In this document: positions 22,114 through 30,197 of the stretch, one piece after another
How the letters are laid out: each line of letters opens with the position of its first letter
Position numbering within the stretch: the first letter of the stretch is position 1
Assembly: GCF_000186885.1 (NCBI RefSeq)
Contig: NC_014972.1
Coordinates: forward strand, 1,770,001-1,802,000
From: Desulfobulbus propionicus DSM 2032
Lineage (GTDB): Bacteria > Desulfobacterota > Desulfobulbia > Desulfobulbales > Desulfobulbaceae
Length of the DNA: 32,000 nucleotides
Reading direction: 5' to 3'
Position numbers and translations under genes: made by a program
The notes under the pieces: model-generated
What the model saw: the letters and a program-made list of their open reading frames with translations, nothing else
Told to the model about the DNA's origin: nothing
The model's database searches: none

Positions 22114-24075
22114 TTATTTTTTGTTGGCAAGGAAGAGAATATCGCGCTTGTCGGCTCCGGCCGGGATCTGGTCGCGCAGACGAAAGCAGACGTTGCTCAG
22201 GGTCGCGCCCAGCACGGTGCGGCTGTTGCCGATGCGGATCTCGGTACCGGCGAACACCTTGCCGCGTACCACGATGGTGCATGCCAAGGCGTGGGATAGT
22301 CCCTGATCCTCGGGCTCCCGGTCCTTGGGGACAATCAGGTTGAGGCTGGCGAACTGCTGGCGGCTCTCTTCATGCTCGGCCAGCAGTTCCTCGAGTTCCT
22401 CGCTGTCGGCTTCCGGGCCGACCAGCTGTTGCAGGGCGGCGATGGCCTCGGTCTGGGCGGCCAGGGTGCGCCGCAACTCGAAGAAACGCTGCAGCTGCTC
22501 CGGCGAGACCGCGGCGGCCAGCAGGGAGGGATCGGCATTGTCCGACCCCACGGTGCCCACGGTTATCGAGCCGGCGGCCACCAGCTGCGAGGCGATGAAC
22601 CGCGCGGCCGGTTCGCTGTGCAGGTTGGCGCCGGCGTGCATGCGGCAGTAGTAGCCGCTGCGGCGCACTAGGATCGAGCCGCCGGCAAAGATCCGTCCGT
22701 TTTCCAGGAACTGGATGTCCACGTCGCCCCGGCTGCGGATCACCGCGTGATCGCCCACCATCCCGGCCTTGACCACCACGTTGCTGTCCGAACGGATCTG
22801 CGCCTTTTCGATGTTGCCTCGGATGAGGATGTCGCCCAGGGCGTTGACCCGGAACTTCGGCCGCACCGACCCCCTGATTTCCAGGGCATCGCGGGAGACG
22901 ATGTTGCCGGTGGTGAAATCGACGTCGCGGGAGATGATCTGGCGCGAACAGACCTTGACCGAACCTTCGGAAACCATGGAGAGCACCCCCGCGCGGCTGG
23001 CCCGGATCTCGCCGCTTTCCGGGTCGAAGGAGGCGTCATCGGTGACCTTGAGGGCCAGATCCTTGCCCGGCGTCTGGGCGACCGGAGCACCGAAGATGTC
23101 GCGTCCCGGAGAACCGGGGGAGGGGGGCACGCGGACGGCGATCAGCTGATCCTTGTTGACGCCGATGAACATGTTGCGCTCGCGGTAGTCGATCTCGCCG
23201 TTGCCCATGACCTTGCCCGGCAGCGGGCCGACCTCGATGGCGAACCGCAGCCAGGCGTCGCTGCCCTTGACCGGCAGCAGCCCCAGGGCGATGACCGTGG
23301 TTTGCGGCCGCTGCTGGCCGCGGCACAATTCCAGGCACTGGCTGATGGCCTGGGGCAGGCGGCCATAGACGATCCCTTCCTCGTCGAGGACGCGGAGGAC
23401 TGTGGCCTGGTCGGGCAGATCGTGGCCCGGTGGAGCGGGCCTGAGGCGGAGCAGCGCCTGCATTCGGTCCGGAGTGGCCTGGATCAGGCGGTCAACGCCG
23501 AGCTTCACCTGTTCGGCTGCGCCCTTGCGGGCGGCGGCGAAGGACGGATACCCCCAGACCGTGGCCGTCAGCTGCTGGCCGTCGGCGCTCAAGACGGTGT
23601 TGTTGCCGGCAACGATGGTCTGCTCGCCCGGAACCGGGCAGGGAATTTTCTCGCCAAAGATGTTCTTGCCGGGGACGGCCGGGGATGACGGCCCGGCATC
23701 CGCCACCGCTTCCCCCGGTCCAACTAGGGGGACAAGGAGCAGCTGCACCCGGATCGTCTGCCCCTCCTCGCCGGCTTGTTCGACGGTCAATGGGACGGGC
23801 CGAAAGCATGGCTGCAACCCTCGGTAGCCTGGGGTCGGCGGCGTGCCCTGGGCAACGAGCAGCGGTTCGGTCAAGGGTTCATCCCGGTCGATGCAGGTCG
23901 CGGCGCGGGCCAGGGCCTGGTGGTCCAACCCATGGACAATGCCCCGGTCGTCGAGCAGTTGAGACAGGGCCGCACCGCTGTCGAGCGTCACCGCCTCTTC
24001 CGTTGATGCCGTTGGCAGAAGGGTGGCCCGGAGTTTATCGGTGCTGATGTGGAGAAAGATGGGCGAGCGGTTCAC
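22114..24075 (-). CDS. FapA/DUF342 family protein
   Basis: 653 aa with GTG start at 24075-24073. It has the N-terminal ISTDKLRATL-type domain, a central repetitive beta-helix-like region (GNIVSRDALEIRGSVRPKFRVNALGDILIRGNIEKAQIRSDSNVVVKAGMVGDHAVIRSRGDVDI), then a coiled-coil segment (SPEQLQRFFELRRTLAAQTEAIAALQQL...EELEELLAEHEESRQQ). This is the DUF342 layout. Confidence 0.75.
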   Translation of the reverse strand: MNRSPIFLHISTDKLRATLLPTASTEEAVTLDSGAALSQLLDDRGIVHGLDHQALARAATCIDRDEPLTEPLLVAQGTPPTPGYRGLQPCFRPVPLTVEQAGEEGQTIRVQLLLVPLVGPGEAVADAGPSSPAVPGKNIFGEKIPCPVPGEQTIVAGNNTVLSADGQQLTATVWGYPSFAAARKGAAEQVKLGVDRLIQATPDRMQALLRLRPAPPGHDLPDQATVLRVLDEEGIVYGRLPQAISQCLELCRGQQRPQTTVIALGLLPVKGSDAWLRFAIEVGPLPGKVMGNGEIDYRERNMFIGVNKDQLIAVRVPPSPGSPGRDIFGAPVAQTPGKDLALKVTDDASFDPESGEIRASRAGVLSMVSEGSVKVCSRQIISRDVDFTTGNIVSRDALEIRGSVRPKFRVNALGDILIRGNIEKAQIRSDSNVVVKAGMVGDHAVIRSRGDVDIQFLENGRIFAGGSILVRRSGYYCRMHAGANLHSEPAARFIASQLVAAGSITVGTVGSDNADPSLLAAAVSPEQLQRFFELRRTLAAQTEAIAALQQLVGPEADSEELEELLAEHEESRQQFASLNLIVPKDREPEDQGLSHALACTIVVRGKVFAGTEIRIGNSRTVLGATLSNVCFRLRDQIPAGADKRDILFLANKK

Positions 24076-24214
24076 CGGCGGTTATTTGGTTAAAAAAAGG
24101 AAAATAATCAAGTGAATACCATAAAGAGGGGCGGATCACAAGGCAAGAAGGGCGCGTTTGCCGGCCAAGAGGTGTTTCAAGGGTGGGATGAGGAACACGA
24201 CGGAGCAGGGGGAG

Positions 24215-24243
24215 GCTGGGGCGGCGGATGGGTCCGCCCCAGC
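24215..24243 (-). terminator. GC-rich perfect 10-bp hairpin just downstream of uraA (terminator-like, no U tract)
   Basis: GCTGGGGCGG (24215-24224) pairs perfectly with CCGCCCCAGC (24234-24243) around a 9-nt loop, starting 13 nt after the uraA stop. No T/U run follows on either strand. Confidence 0.3.
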
Positions 24244-24255
24244 GGGTCGATGGGA

Positions 24256-25545
24256 TCAGAGGCCGCTCTGTTCGCTGACCAGGCGGAATTTTTTCAGAAG
24301 GTGGAAGACAAGCGACAAGGCCATGCCCACCACCGTGGCCAGGGCCATGCCCTTGAGCTGGACATCGCCGAGTTTGACCGCCACGCCGCTGATGCCGACG
24401 ATGAGGACGATGGCGGTCAGCGACAGGTTGGCCGGCCTGGAGTAATCGACCTTGGCCTCGACCAGCATCCGCACGCCCGAGGCAGCGATGACTCCGAAGA
24501 GCAGCATGCAGACCCCGCCCATGACCGGGGTGGGGATCGACTGGATCAGGGCCGAGAGTTTGCCGACAAAGGCGAGTGCGATGGAAATCACCGCCGCGCC
24601 GCCGATCACCCACACCGAGTAGACCCGGGTGATGGCCATGACCCCGATGTTCTCGCCGTAGGTGGTGGTCGGTACCGAGCCGCAGCAGCCGGAAAGCACG
24701 GTGGAGATGCCGTCGCCCATCAGCGAGCGGTGCAGGCCGGGATCCTTGGTCAGATCGCGGCCGACGATGTTGCCGGTGACCACCAGATGGCCGATGTGTT
24801 CGGAGATGACCACCAGCGAGGCGGGCAGGACAATGAGGATGGCGCTCCAGTCAAACCGGGGCGCGTAGAAGGTGGGCAGGGCCAAAAGCGGTGCCCGGGC
24901 CACGCCGCCGAACTCGACCAGGCCCAGGGGAATGGCGAGCAGATAGCCGGCCACGATGCCGGTGAGCACCGGGATGATGGCCATGAAGCCGCGAAACAAC
25001 ACCGAGCCGAAGGTGACCACCAGCAGGGTGACAATCGCCACCACGATGGTCTTGCCGTTGTAGGCACCGCTCACCGGATCGGGCATGATGCCGGCCATGT
25101 TGGTGGCCACGCCGGCCAATTCCAGGCCGATGAGGGCGACGATTGGTCCCATGGTCGCCGGCGGCAGCACGGTTTTGATCCAGTCCGAGCCGAACCGCCA
25201 GATGATCAGGGCCACGGTGATGAACACCAGGCCCGAGGCGATGAAGCCGCCCAGGGCGGCACCGTAGTTGCCGCTCCACTGGGCCTGGTTGGTGCCGAGC
25301 ACCACCAGCACCGGCGAGATGAAGGCGAAGCTGGAGCCGAGAAAGGCCGGGGCCTTCCCCTTGCACAGCAGCAGATAGATCAGGGTGCCGATGCCGTTCA
25401 TCAGCAGAACGACGGCCGGATCGATCTTGAACAGGGTGGGCACCAGCACCGAGGCGCCGAACATGGCGAACAGGTGTTGGACGCTGAGCGGAATGCCGGA
25501 GAGCAGCGGGACCTTTTCCTCGACTTGAATGGTTGTTCTGGACAT
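24256..25545 (-). CDS. uraA: Uracil permease (NCS2/xanthine-uracil permease family)
   Basis: The track ORF is 24256-25932. I start at ATG 25545-25543 (MSRTTIQVEEKVPLLSGIPLSVQHLFAMFGASVLVP...) with GGAAGGAA upstream. It is near-colinear with E. coli UraA as I recall it (PLSLQHLFAMFGATVLVP, GSSFAFISPVL, TTYGENIGVMAITRVYS, VMGGV). Confidence 0.9.
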   Translation of the reverse strand: MSRTTIQVEEKVPLLSGIPLSVQHLFAMFGASVLVPTLFKIDPAVVLLMNGIGTLIYLLLCKGKAPAFLGSSFAFISPVLVVLGTNQAQWSGNYGAALGGFIASGLVFITVALIIWRFGSDWIKTVLPPATMGPIVALIGLELAGVATNMAGIMPDPVSGAYNGKTIVVAIVTLLVVTFGSVLFRGFMAIIPVLTGIVAGYLLAIPLGLVEFGGVARAPLLALPTFYAPRFDWSAILIVLPASLVVISEHIGHLVVTGNIVGRDLTKDPGLHRSLMGDGISTVLSGCCGSVPTTTYGENIGVMAITRVYSVWVIGGAAVISIALAFVGKLSALIQSIPTPVMGGVCMLLFGVIAASGVRMLVEAKVDYSRPANLSLTAIVLIVGISGVAVKLGDVQLKGMALATVVGMALSLVFHLLKKFRLVSEQSGL

Positions 25546-25712
25546 GGATTCCTTCCAAAAATCTGGGGTTGGGCAGTGGACGGCCTGGCTGCACGGGTGC
25601 TCCCCGCAAAGCCGCCGGCGAACATACGGGAAAATCGACGGGCTGTCATCCCTGAAACGATGACAGAACCACCTTGTCGGATGCGGTGGGAAGAAAAACA
25701 GCCAGGTTCCGG

Positions 25713-26024
25713 CTATGCCTTGCGCTGGTGCAGCGCCTCCATGTATTCGTCCCACTCCACCGGCAGGGAGGATTTTTTCTTGCTGTTGCACTCCTTGCAG
25801 CAGGGTACGAGGTTGTCCTTGGTGCTGCGGCCGCCGCGGGCCAGGGGAATGATGTGATCCATGGTCAGGTTGTGAAAGCCCACCTTGTGGCCGCAGTACC
25901 AGCAGGTGCCGCTGGCGGTCTTCTGCTGCCACCAGCGGGTCTTGCGCAGGGCCCTGGCCTTGTTGCGCTCGGCGCGGATCAGGGCTTCGTCGATACTGTC
26001 GAGGCTGAAATATTCATTGTTCAT
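25713..26024 (-). CDS. Small HNH endonuclease-domain protein
   Basis: 103 aa. HNH/zinc-ribbon signature: CWYCGHK..LTMDHIIPLARGGRSTKDNLVPCCKECNSKK. The ATG (26024-26022) overlaps the folC TGA (26023-26021) as ATGA. Confidence 0.85.
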   Translation of the reverse strand: MNNEYFSLDSIDEALIRAERNKARALRKTRWWQQKTASGTCWYCGHKVGFHNLTMDHIIPLARGGRSTKDNLVPCCKECNSKKKSSLPVEWDEYMEALHQRKA

Positions 26025-27313
26025 GCGGGTGTCTCCCCGACCAGCAGTCGCCGCACCCGCCCCACCAGATAGAGCGACCCTGCCACGCAGAGCAGATCAT
26101 CGGCCTCGGCCAGGACACCTGCAACCGCCAGTGCCTGTTCCACCGGTTCGACGCATTGGGACTTGGCTTGCAGGTCGGGCGGGAGCTGGGTCAGCAGCAG
26201 GGACGGAGCCGCCGACCGCTGCGATTCGGCCCGGGTCAGGAGGATTCGTTCCGCCATGGCCATCAGTTCGAACAGCACCGCTCCCATGTTTTTGTCGGCC
26301 ATGTTGCCCCAGACGAGTACCAGCTGGCGACGGGGGAACCCGTGGCGCAGGGCAACGGTCAGGGCAGCCACTCCGGCCTCGTTGTGGGCGCCGTCAAGAA
26401 GCAGCCGCAGTTTCTTTTCCTGGTGGACGATGTGAAGCAGTTCCATTCGTCCGGGCCAGCGGACCTGCTGCAATCCCTCGCGGAGGGCCTGCTCGGATAT
26501 GGGAAAAATCGGCGCCACCATCTCCATCGCCGCCAGAGCCAGGCTGGTGTTGACCGCTTGATGCGCCCCCGGCAGGGCCAGGGCAAGTCCCGTTCGTGAT
26601 TGGCCGGCGGGCGATTGGTACTCCAAGGTTCCCTCGGCATCGAGCGTGCCGTCAAAATCCCGACCGTAGAGCATGAGCGGGCTGTGCAGGTCGCGGCAGC
26701 GGGCCTCGATCACCGGCAGCGCCTCGGCAGCCCTGCCGGAAAAGACCGTGGGCACGCCCGGTTTGATGATTCCGGCCTTTTCCCCGGCAATGGCGCTCAG
26801 GGTGGAACCGAGGTGCTGCTCGTGGTCGCGGCTGATGTCGGTGAGGATCGCCACCAGCGGCGTGACCACGTTGGTGGCGTCGAGCCGGCCGCCCATGCCG
26901 GTCTCCAGAATCACCGCCTCGACGTGTTGCTCGGCAAACCACAGCAGGGCCAGCAGGGTGGTCAGTTCGAAATAGGTGGGGCCTGGCCGATCGGCGAGCA
27001 GATCGGCCAGGCGGGTGATCAGACGGGCGAAATCCTCTTGTGTGATCCACTGTCGGCCGATCCGGAACCGTTCGCGCACCGAACTGAGATGGGGTGAGGA
27101 ATAAAAGCCGGTCCGGTATCCCCCGGCCGAGAGCAGGGCGAGCAGGGTGGCGCCCACCGACCCCTTGCCGTTGGTGCCGGCGATATGGATGATTCGCAGC
27201 CGTTCCTGCGGGTTGCCCAGTTCGGCCAGCAGGGTGCGGGTGGACGCGAGGCCGAGTTTGATCTTGAACATCTGCTGCCGGTCGAGCCAGGCAACGGCTT
27301 GGGCATAGTTCAT
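26021..27313 (-). CDS. folC: Bifunctional folylpolyglutamate synthase / dihydrofolate synthase
   Basis: Mur-ligase family with P-loop HIAGTNGKGSV and the typical N-terminus MNYAQAVAWLD...KLGL. The track start at 27346 is a TTG. I prefer ATG 27313-27311, though neither has a clear SD. Confidence 0.85.
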   Translation of the reverse strand: MNYAQAVAWLDRQQMFKIKLGLASTRTLLAELGNPQERLRIIHIAGTNGKGSVGATLLALLSAGGYRTGFYSSPHLSSVRERFRIGRQWITQEDFARLITRLADLLADRPGPTYFELTTLLALLWFAEQHVEAVILETGMGGRLDATNVVTPLVAILTDISRDHEQHLGSTLSAIAGEKAGIIKPGVPTVFSGRAAEALPVIEARCRDLHSPLMLYGRDFDGTLDAEGTLEYQSPAGQSRTGLALALPGAHQAVNTSLALAAMEMVAPIFPISEQALREGLQQVRWPGRMELLHIVHQEKKLRLLLDGAHNEAGVAALTVALRHGFPRRQLVLVWGNMADKNMGAVLFELMAMAERILLTRAESQRSAAPSLLLTQLPPDLQAKSQCVEPVEQALAVAGVLAEADDLLCVAGSLYLVGRVRRLLVGETPA

Positions 27314-27359
27314 GGTCGCGGGTTCAAGGGGCAAACGAAACGGCAAACATCAGCGGCAT

Positions 27360-29555
27360 TCATCCGACAATCTCCAGCTTGGCGTAGTCGAGATGGAGGA
27401 TTTTGCTGCCGTGACGGTCGAACAGCACCTCGACCCGTCGGGGTCCGGGAATGGAGGTGATCCGGCCCAGGCCGAAAAAGGCGTGGCTGACCTGCATTCC
27501 CTCCGCATAGACCACCCGCGCCGAGGCCACCTTGGGTTGGACCGGCGGTTGCATTCGTTCTTCGTACTGGCTGGTCAAAGGGACGGTCACCGCGCCGCCT
27601 CGTTCGACCATAGTGTACAGGCCGGGGCTGATCTCGCGGAGAAAGGGGGACATGCCGGTGCGCACGGTCTGCCGGTCCGGCATGATCATTTCGCGCGGGT
27701 AGGTGAGGTACAACAGCTTTTTGGCCCGGGTGGCGGCCACATAGAGCAGCCGCCGTTCTTCTTCCCACTGTTCGCCCGGGGTGGCGTGCTGATGGGGAAA
27801 CCGCCCTTCGGCCAAACCGATCACGAAAACCGTGTCCCATTCCAGCCCCTTGGCCGAGTGGATGGTGGAGAGGATCAGCCGCTGGCCGTCCTCGTTCGCG
27901 TCATCCGAAGTGGTTGCCTCGGGCGGATCCAGGGCGGTGTCGTCGACAAAGGACTGCAAGTCGCCATAACCGGCGATCAGGGCCTTGATCTGATCCAGCT
28001 CCTTGCGCCGTTTGGGATAGTCGTCGTAGTACATTTTCTGAAACACCGGCTCGTAGTAGGCCATCACCAGGTCGAACTGATCGGATGGGGTCAGGGCCGG
28101 GTCGAGCAGCTGATGCAAGGTGCGGGTGAGGTGCTCGAACTGGGTTTTCCAGGCCGGTCCGGGCCGGTAGGCGGCCAGGGCGGCGATCGGGGTGTCGGAT
28201 TCGCGGATGGCCTGCAAAATCTTGTGCACCGTCTTGGGGCCGACCTTTTCCAGTTGGAGCAGGATGCGGTTCCAACTGAGGTTGTCCCAGGGGTTGATCA
28301 CCACCCGGAAAAACGAGAGCAGGTCCTTGATGTGGGCCGATTCGGTCAGCTTGAGGCCGCCGCGCTTGTCAAAGTCAAAACCCTGACTGGCCAGCTCGAT
28401 CTCCAGCTTGAAGGAGTGGAAGCCGGAGCGGAACAACACGGCCATGTCGTTTACGGCCACGCCCTCGGCCTGCCGTTTTTGGATTTCCTGGACCACATAG
28501 CGGGCCTCGGCCGCCTCGTTGGGCGCGACGACCAGCTGCGGCCGGGTGCCGCCAGTGATGCTGGTGAACAGGGTTTTAGTGAATTTTTTCTCGGCGTTGG
28601 CGATCACCGCGTTGGTGAGTTGCAGGATCGGTTCGGTGGAGCGGTAGTTTTCCTCGAGCTTGACGATCCGCGCCCCGGGAAACTGATCGGGAAAGCGCAT
28701 GATGTTGAAGAAATCCGCGCCCCGGAAACTGTAGATCGATTGGGCGTCGTCGCCGACCACCATGACGTTGCTGTGGCGATAGGCCAGCAGGCGGACGATC
28801 TCGGCCTGAAGTTGGTTGGTGTCCTGGTATTCGTCGACCAAGATGTGTTGAAAGCGGGTCGACAGCTCGTGCCGCGCCTGTTCGGACTCGGCCAGGAGCC
28901 GCTTCCAGTGGACCAGCAGGTCATCGTAGTCCATCAGGCCGTGGTCGAGCTTGAATTGCCGGTAATGGTCGGCGATGGTGTAAAAATCGTTGATAAACTC
29001 GGTCAGATGGATGAAATCGTTGTGGACCAGCTGCTCGATGGAGGTTGATTTGTTGATCGCCCCGGAGATCAGGTTCATCACCACCCGCTTGGAAGGGAAC
29101 CGTTTGCCGGCCCCGCCCATGCCCAATGAGGATTTGAGCAGATTGATGATCCCCTCGGCGTCGCCCCGGTCGATGATGGTGAAGTTGGAGCCCAGGCCCA
29201 GATGGTGGCCGTAGCGGCGCAGCAGAATGTTGGCGGTGGCGTGGAAGGTGCCGCCCATGATCCGGCGGCAGGAACCGGCGGTCAGCTCGCCGGCCCGGTG
29301 GAGCATCTCCTGGGCCGCGCGGCGGGTAAAGGTGAGCAGCAGGATCGATTCCGGCTCCACCCCCTGTTCGATCAAATAGGCCATGCGGTAGACCAGGGTG
29401 CGAGTCTTGCCGCTCCCGGCGCCGGCAATGACCAGGATGGGACCGTCACCGTGGGTGGCGGCGGCATACTGGGCAGGATTGAGCACCTCGGGGCTGACGG
29501 TGGAAACGGGCGTGGTCTGTTGCTGGTCGCTGGCGGAAACATGTTGGGTCTGCAT
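27360..29555 (-). CDS. UvrD/PcrA/Rep family ATP-dependent DNA helicase
   Basis: The track ORF is 27360-29816. I start at ATG 29555-29553 (MQTQHVSASD...LNPAQYAAATHGDGPILVIAGAGSGKT). Motifs are AGSGKT (I), VDEYQDTN (II), GDDAQSIYSFRGA (III) and VAATRAK (VI). The C-terminal ~50 aa (VSHAFFGLGRI...VLF) resembles the PcrA/UvrD C-terminal Tudor-like tail. Confidence 0.85.
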   Translation of the reverse strand: MQTQHVSASDQQQTTPVSTVSPEVLNPAQYAAATHGDGPILVIAGAGSGKTRTLVYRMAYLIEQGVEPESILLLTFTRRAAQEMLHRAGELTAGSCRRIMGGTFHATANILLRRYGHHLGLGSNFTIIDRGDAEGIINLLKSSLGMGGAGKRFPSKRVVMNLISGAINKSTSIEQLVHNDFIHLTEFINDFYTIADHYRQFKLDHGLMDYDDLLVHWKRLLAESEQARHELSTRFQHILVDEYQDTNQLQAEIVRLLAYRHSNVMVVGDDAQSIYSFRGADFFNIMRFPDQFPGARIVKLEENYRSTEPILQLTNAVIANAEKKFTKTLFTSITGGTRPQLVVAPNEAAEARYVVQEIQKRQAEGVAVNDMAVLFRSGFHSFKLEIELASQGFDFDKRGGLKLTESAHIKDLLSFFRVVINPWDNLSWNRILLQLEKVGPKTVHKILQAIRESDTPIAALAAYRPGPAWKTQFEHLTRTLHQLLDPALTPSDQFDLVMAYYEPVFQKMYYDDYPKRRKELDQIKALIAGYGDLQSFVDDTALDPPEATTSDDANEDGQRLILSTIHSAKGLEWDTVFVIGLAEGRFPHQHATPGEQWEEERRLLYVAATRAKKLLYLTYPREMIMPDRQTVRTGMSPFLREISPGLYTMVERGGAVTVPLTSQYEERMQPPVQPKVASARVVYAEGMQVSHAFFGLGRITSIPGPRRVEVLFDRHGSKILHLDYAKLEIVG

Positions 29556-29597
29556 GGCGGCTTTTGTACCACGGCGAGGCGGACGCCGCAATGGCTG

Positions 29598-29627
29598 TTG
29601 ACAGGGACGGCGGGGAGTGGGTAAAGT
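29598..29627 (+). promoter_or_regulatory. Candidate sigma70 promoter for the 133-aa orphan gene (TTGACA-18 nt-TAAAGT)
   Basis: A perfect -35 hexamer TTGACA lies at 29598-29603, with TAAAGT at 29622-29627. This would give a leader of roughly 110 nt. Confidence 0.35.
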
Positions 29628-29639
29628 CGCCGCGGCGAC
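29626..29639. promoter_or_regulatory. Perfect 14-bp palindrome GTCGCCGCGGCGAC overlapping the candidate -10/+1
   Basis: The sequence at 29626-29639 equals its own reverse complement. It could be an operator, or a 5'-terminal RNA hairpin (5-bp stem, CGCG loop). Confidence 0.3.
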
Positions 29640-29745
29640 GAACGCCTGGAAATAATTCGCCTTTGCCTTCAAGATGTCGCCTTTTTCTTGTGGGTCGGGC
29701 AAACGGCAGTTTGGAATACCAACGAATCGACACTGTTGAGTGAAT

Positions 29746-30147
29746 ATGAAGAGACAACCAGAACAGATCTTTACCGAGAAGACGCTCGCGGCTCTTTTTC
29801 CAGCGGAGCGTTCCAACGATTTTTTTGATGCCCTGTTCGGCGATGCCAGCGAGGGGGCCTACGATATCGCGCTCAGTTTTGAGGGCTATGACCAGACCAC
29901 ACAGACGCTCCGCTTCCTGCTCAACCTGCACGAGCGGCCCGGCCGCTGTCTGGCCTGCAACCTGACCCACGGGCTGCCCGAGGTGTTCAAGCGGCACCCG
30001 ATCATCAATATCAAGGGCTTGGTGGCGGAGATCGAAACACTGCTGGGCGGGGAGATGGTCTGCGCGGACTGGTCGTTGGGGCATACCATCCAGAAGGGAC
30101 GGTCGCTGCACTGCATCCCGCTGACCATCAAGCTGCGCGAAGGGTAA
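29746..30147 (+). CDS. Conserved-looking hypothetical protein (133 aa, Cys/His-containing)
   Basis: ATG at 29746; the track uses GTG 29740. Codon bias is coding-like. The sequence is MKRQPEQIFTEKTLAALFPAERSNDFFDALFGDASEGAYDIALSFEGY..., with CLAC..H and C..H..HC residues. I cannot assign a family with confidence. Confidence 0.65.
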   Translation: MKRQPEQIFTEKTLAALFPAERSNDFFDALFGDASEGAYDIALSFEGYDQTTQTLRFLLNLHERPGRCLACNLTHGLPEVFKRHPIINIKGLVAEIETLLGGEMVCADWSLGHTIQKGRSLHCIPLTIKLREG

Positions 30148-30197
30148 AGGCCTGATCGTTTCTTCGGCGGAGTCGCGACGGCCGATAACGGGGCTGT

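Noticed and set aside
25604-25613. CCGCAAAGCC on the plus strand, reminiscent of the GACGCAAAGCC core of c-di-GMP-I (GEMM-I) riboswitches
   Set aside because: The flanking sequence lacks the GNRA-tetraloop hairpin and receptor, and lacks the second conserved half. It is also on the strand antisense to both neighbouring genes, so there is nothing downstream to regulate.
24112-25857. 581-aa plus-strand ORF opposite uraA
   Set aside because: This is a shadow ORF. The minus-strand product is near-colinear with E. coli UraA.
25546-25932. 129-codon N-terminal extension of the uraA ORF
   Set aside because: It runs through the intergenic region and into the HNH gene. ATG 25545 has an SD and aligns with the UraA N-terminus.
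27312-29048. 578-aa plus-strand ORF opposite the helicase gene
   Set aside because: This is a shadow ORF. The minus-strand frame has helicase motifs I-VI.
18993-29555. Possibility that the HerA-like ATPase, HNH nuclease and UvrD-like helicase form a defence island
   Set aside because: The three genes are separated by housekeeping genes (uraA, folC, CBS, fapA-like). Each belongs to a widespread stand-alone family (YjgR, small HNH, PcrA/UvrD). None of the usual partners is present: Sir2, TIR, methylase, DUF4297, integrase, or tRNA or repeat boundaries.
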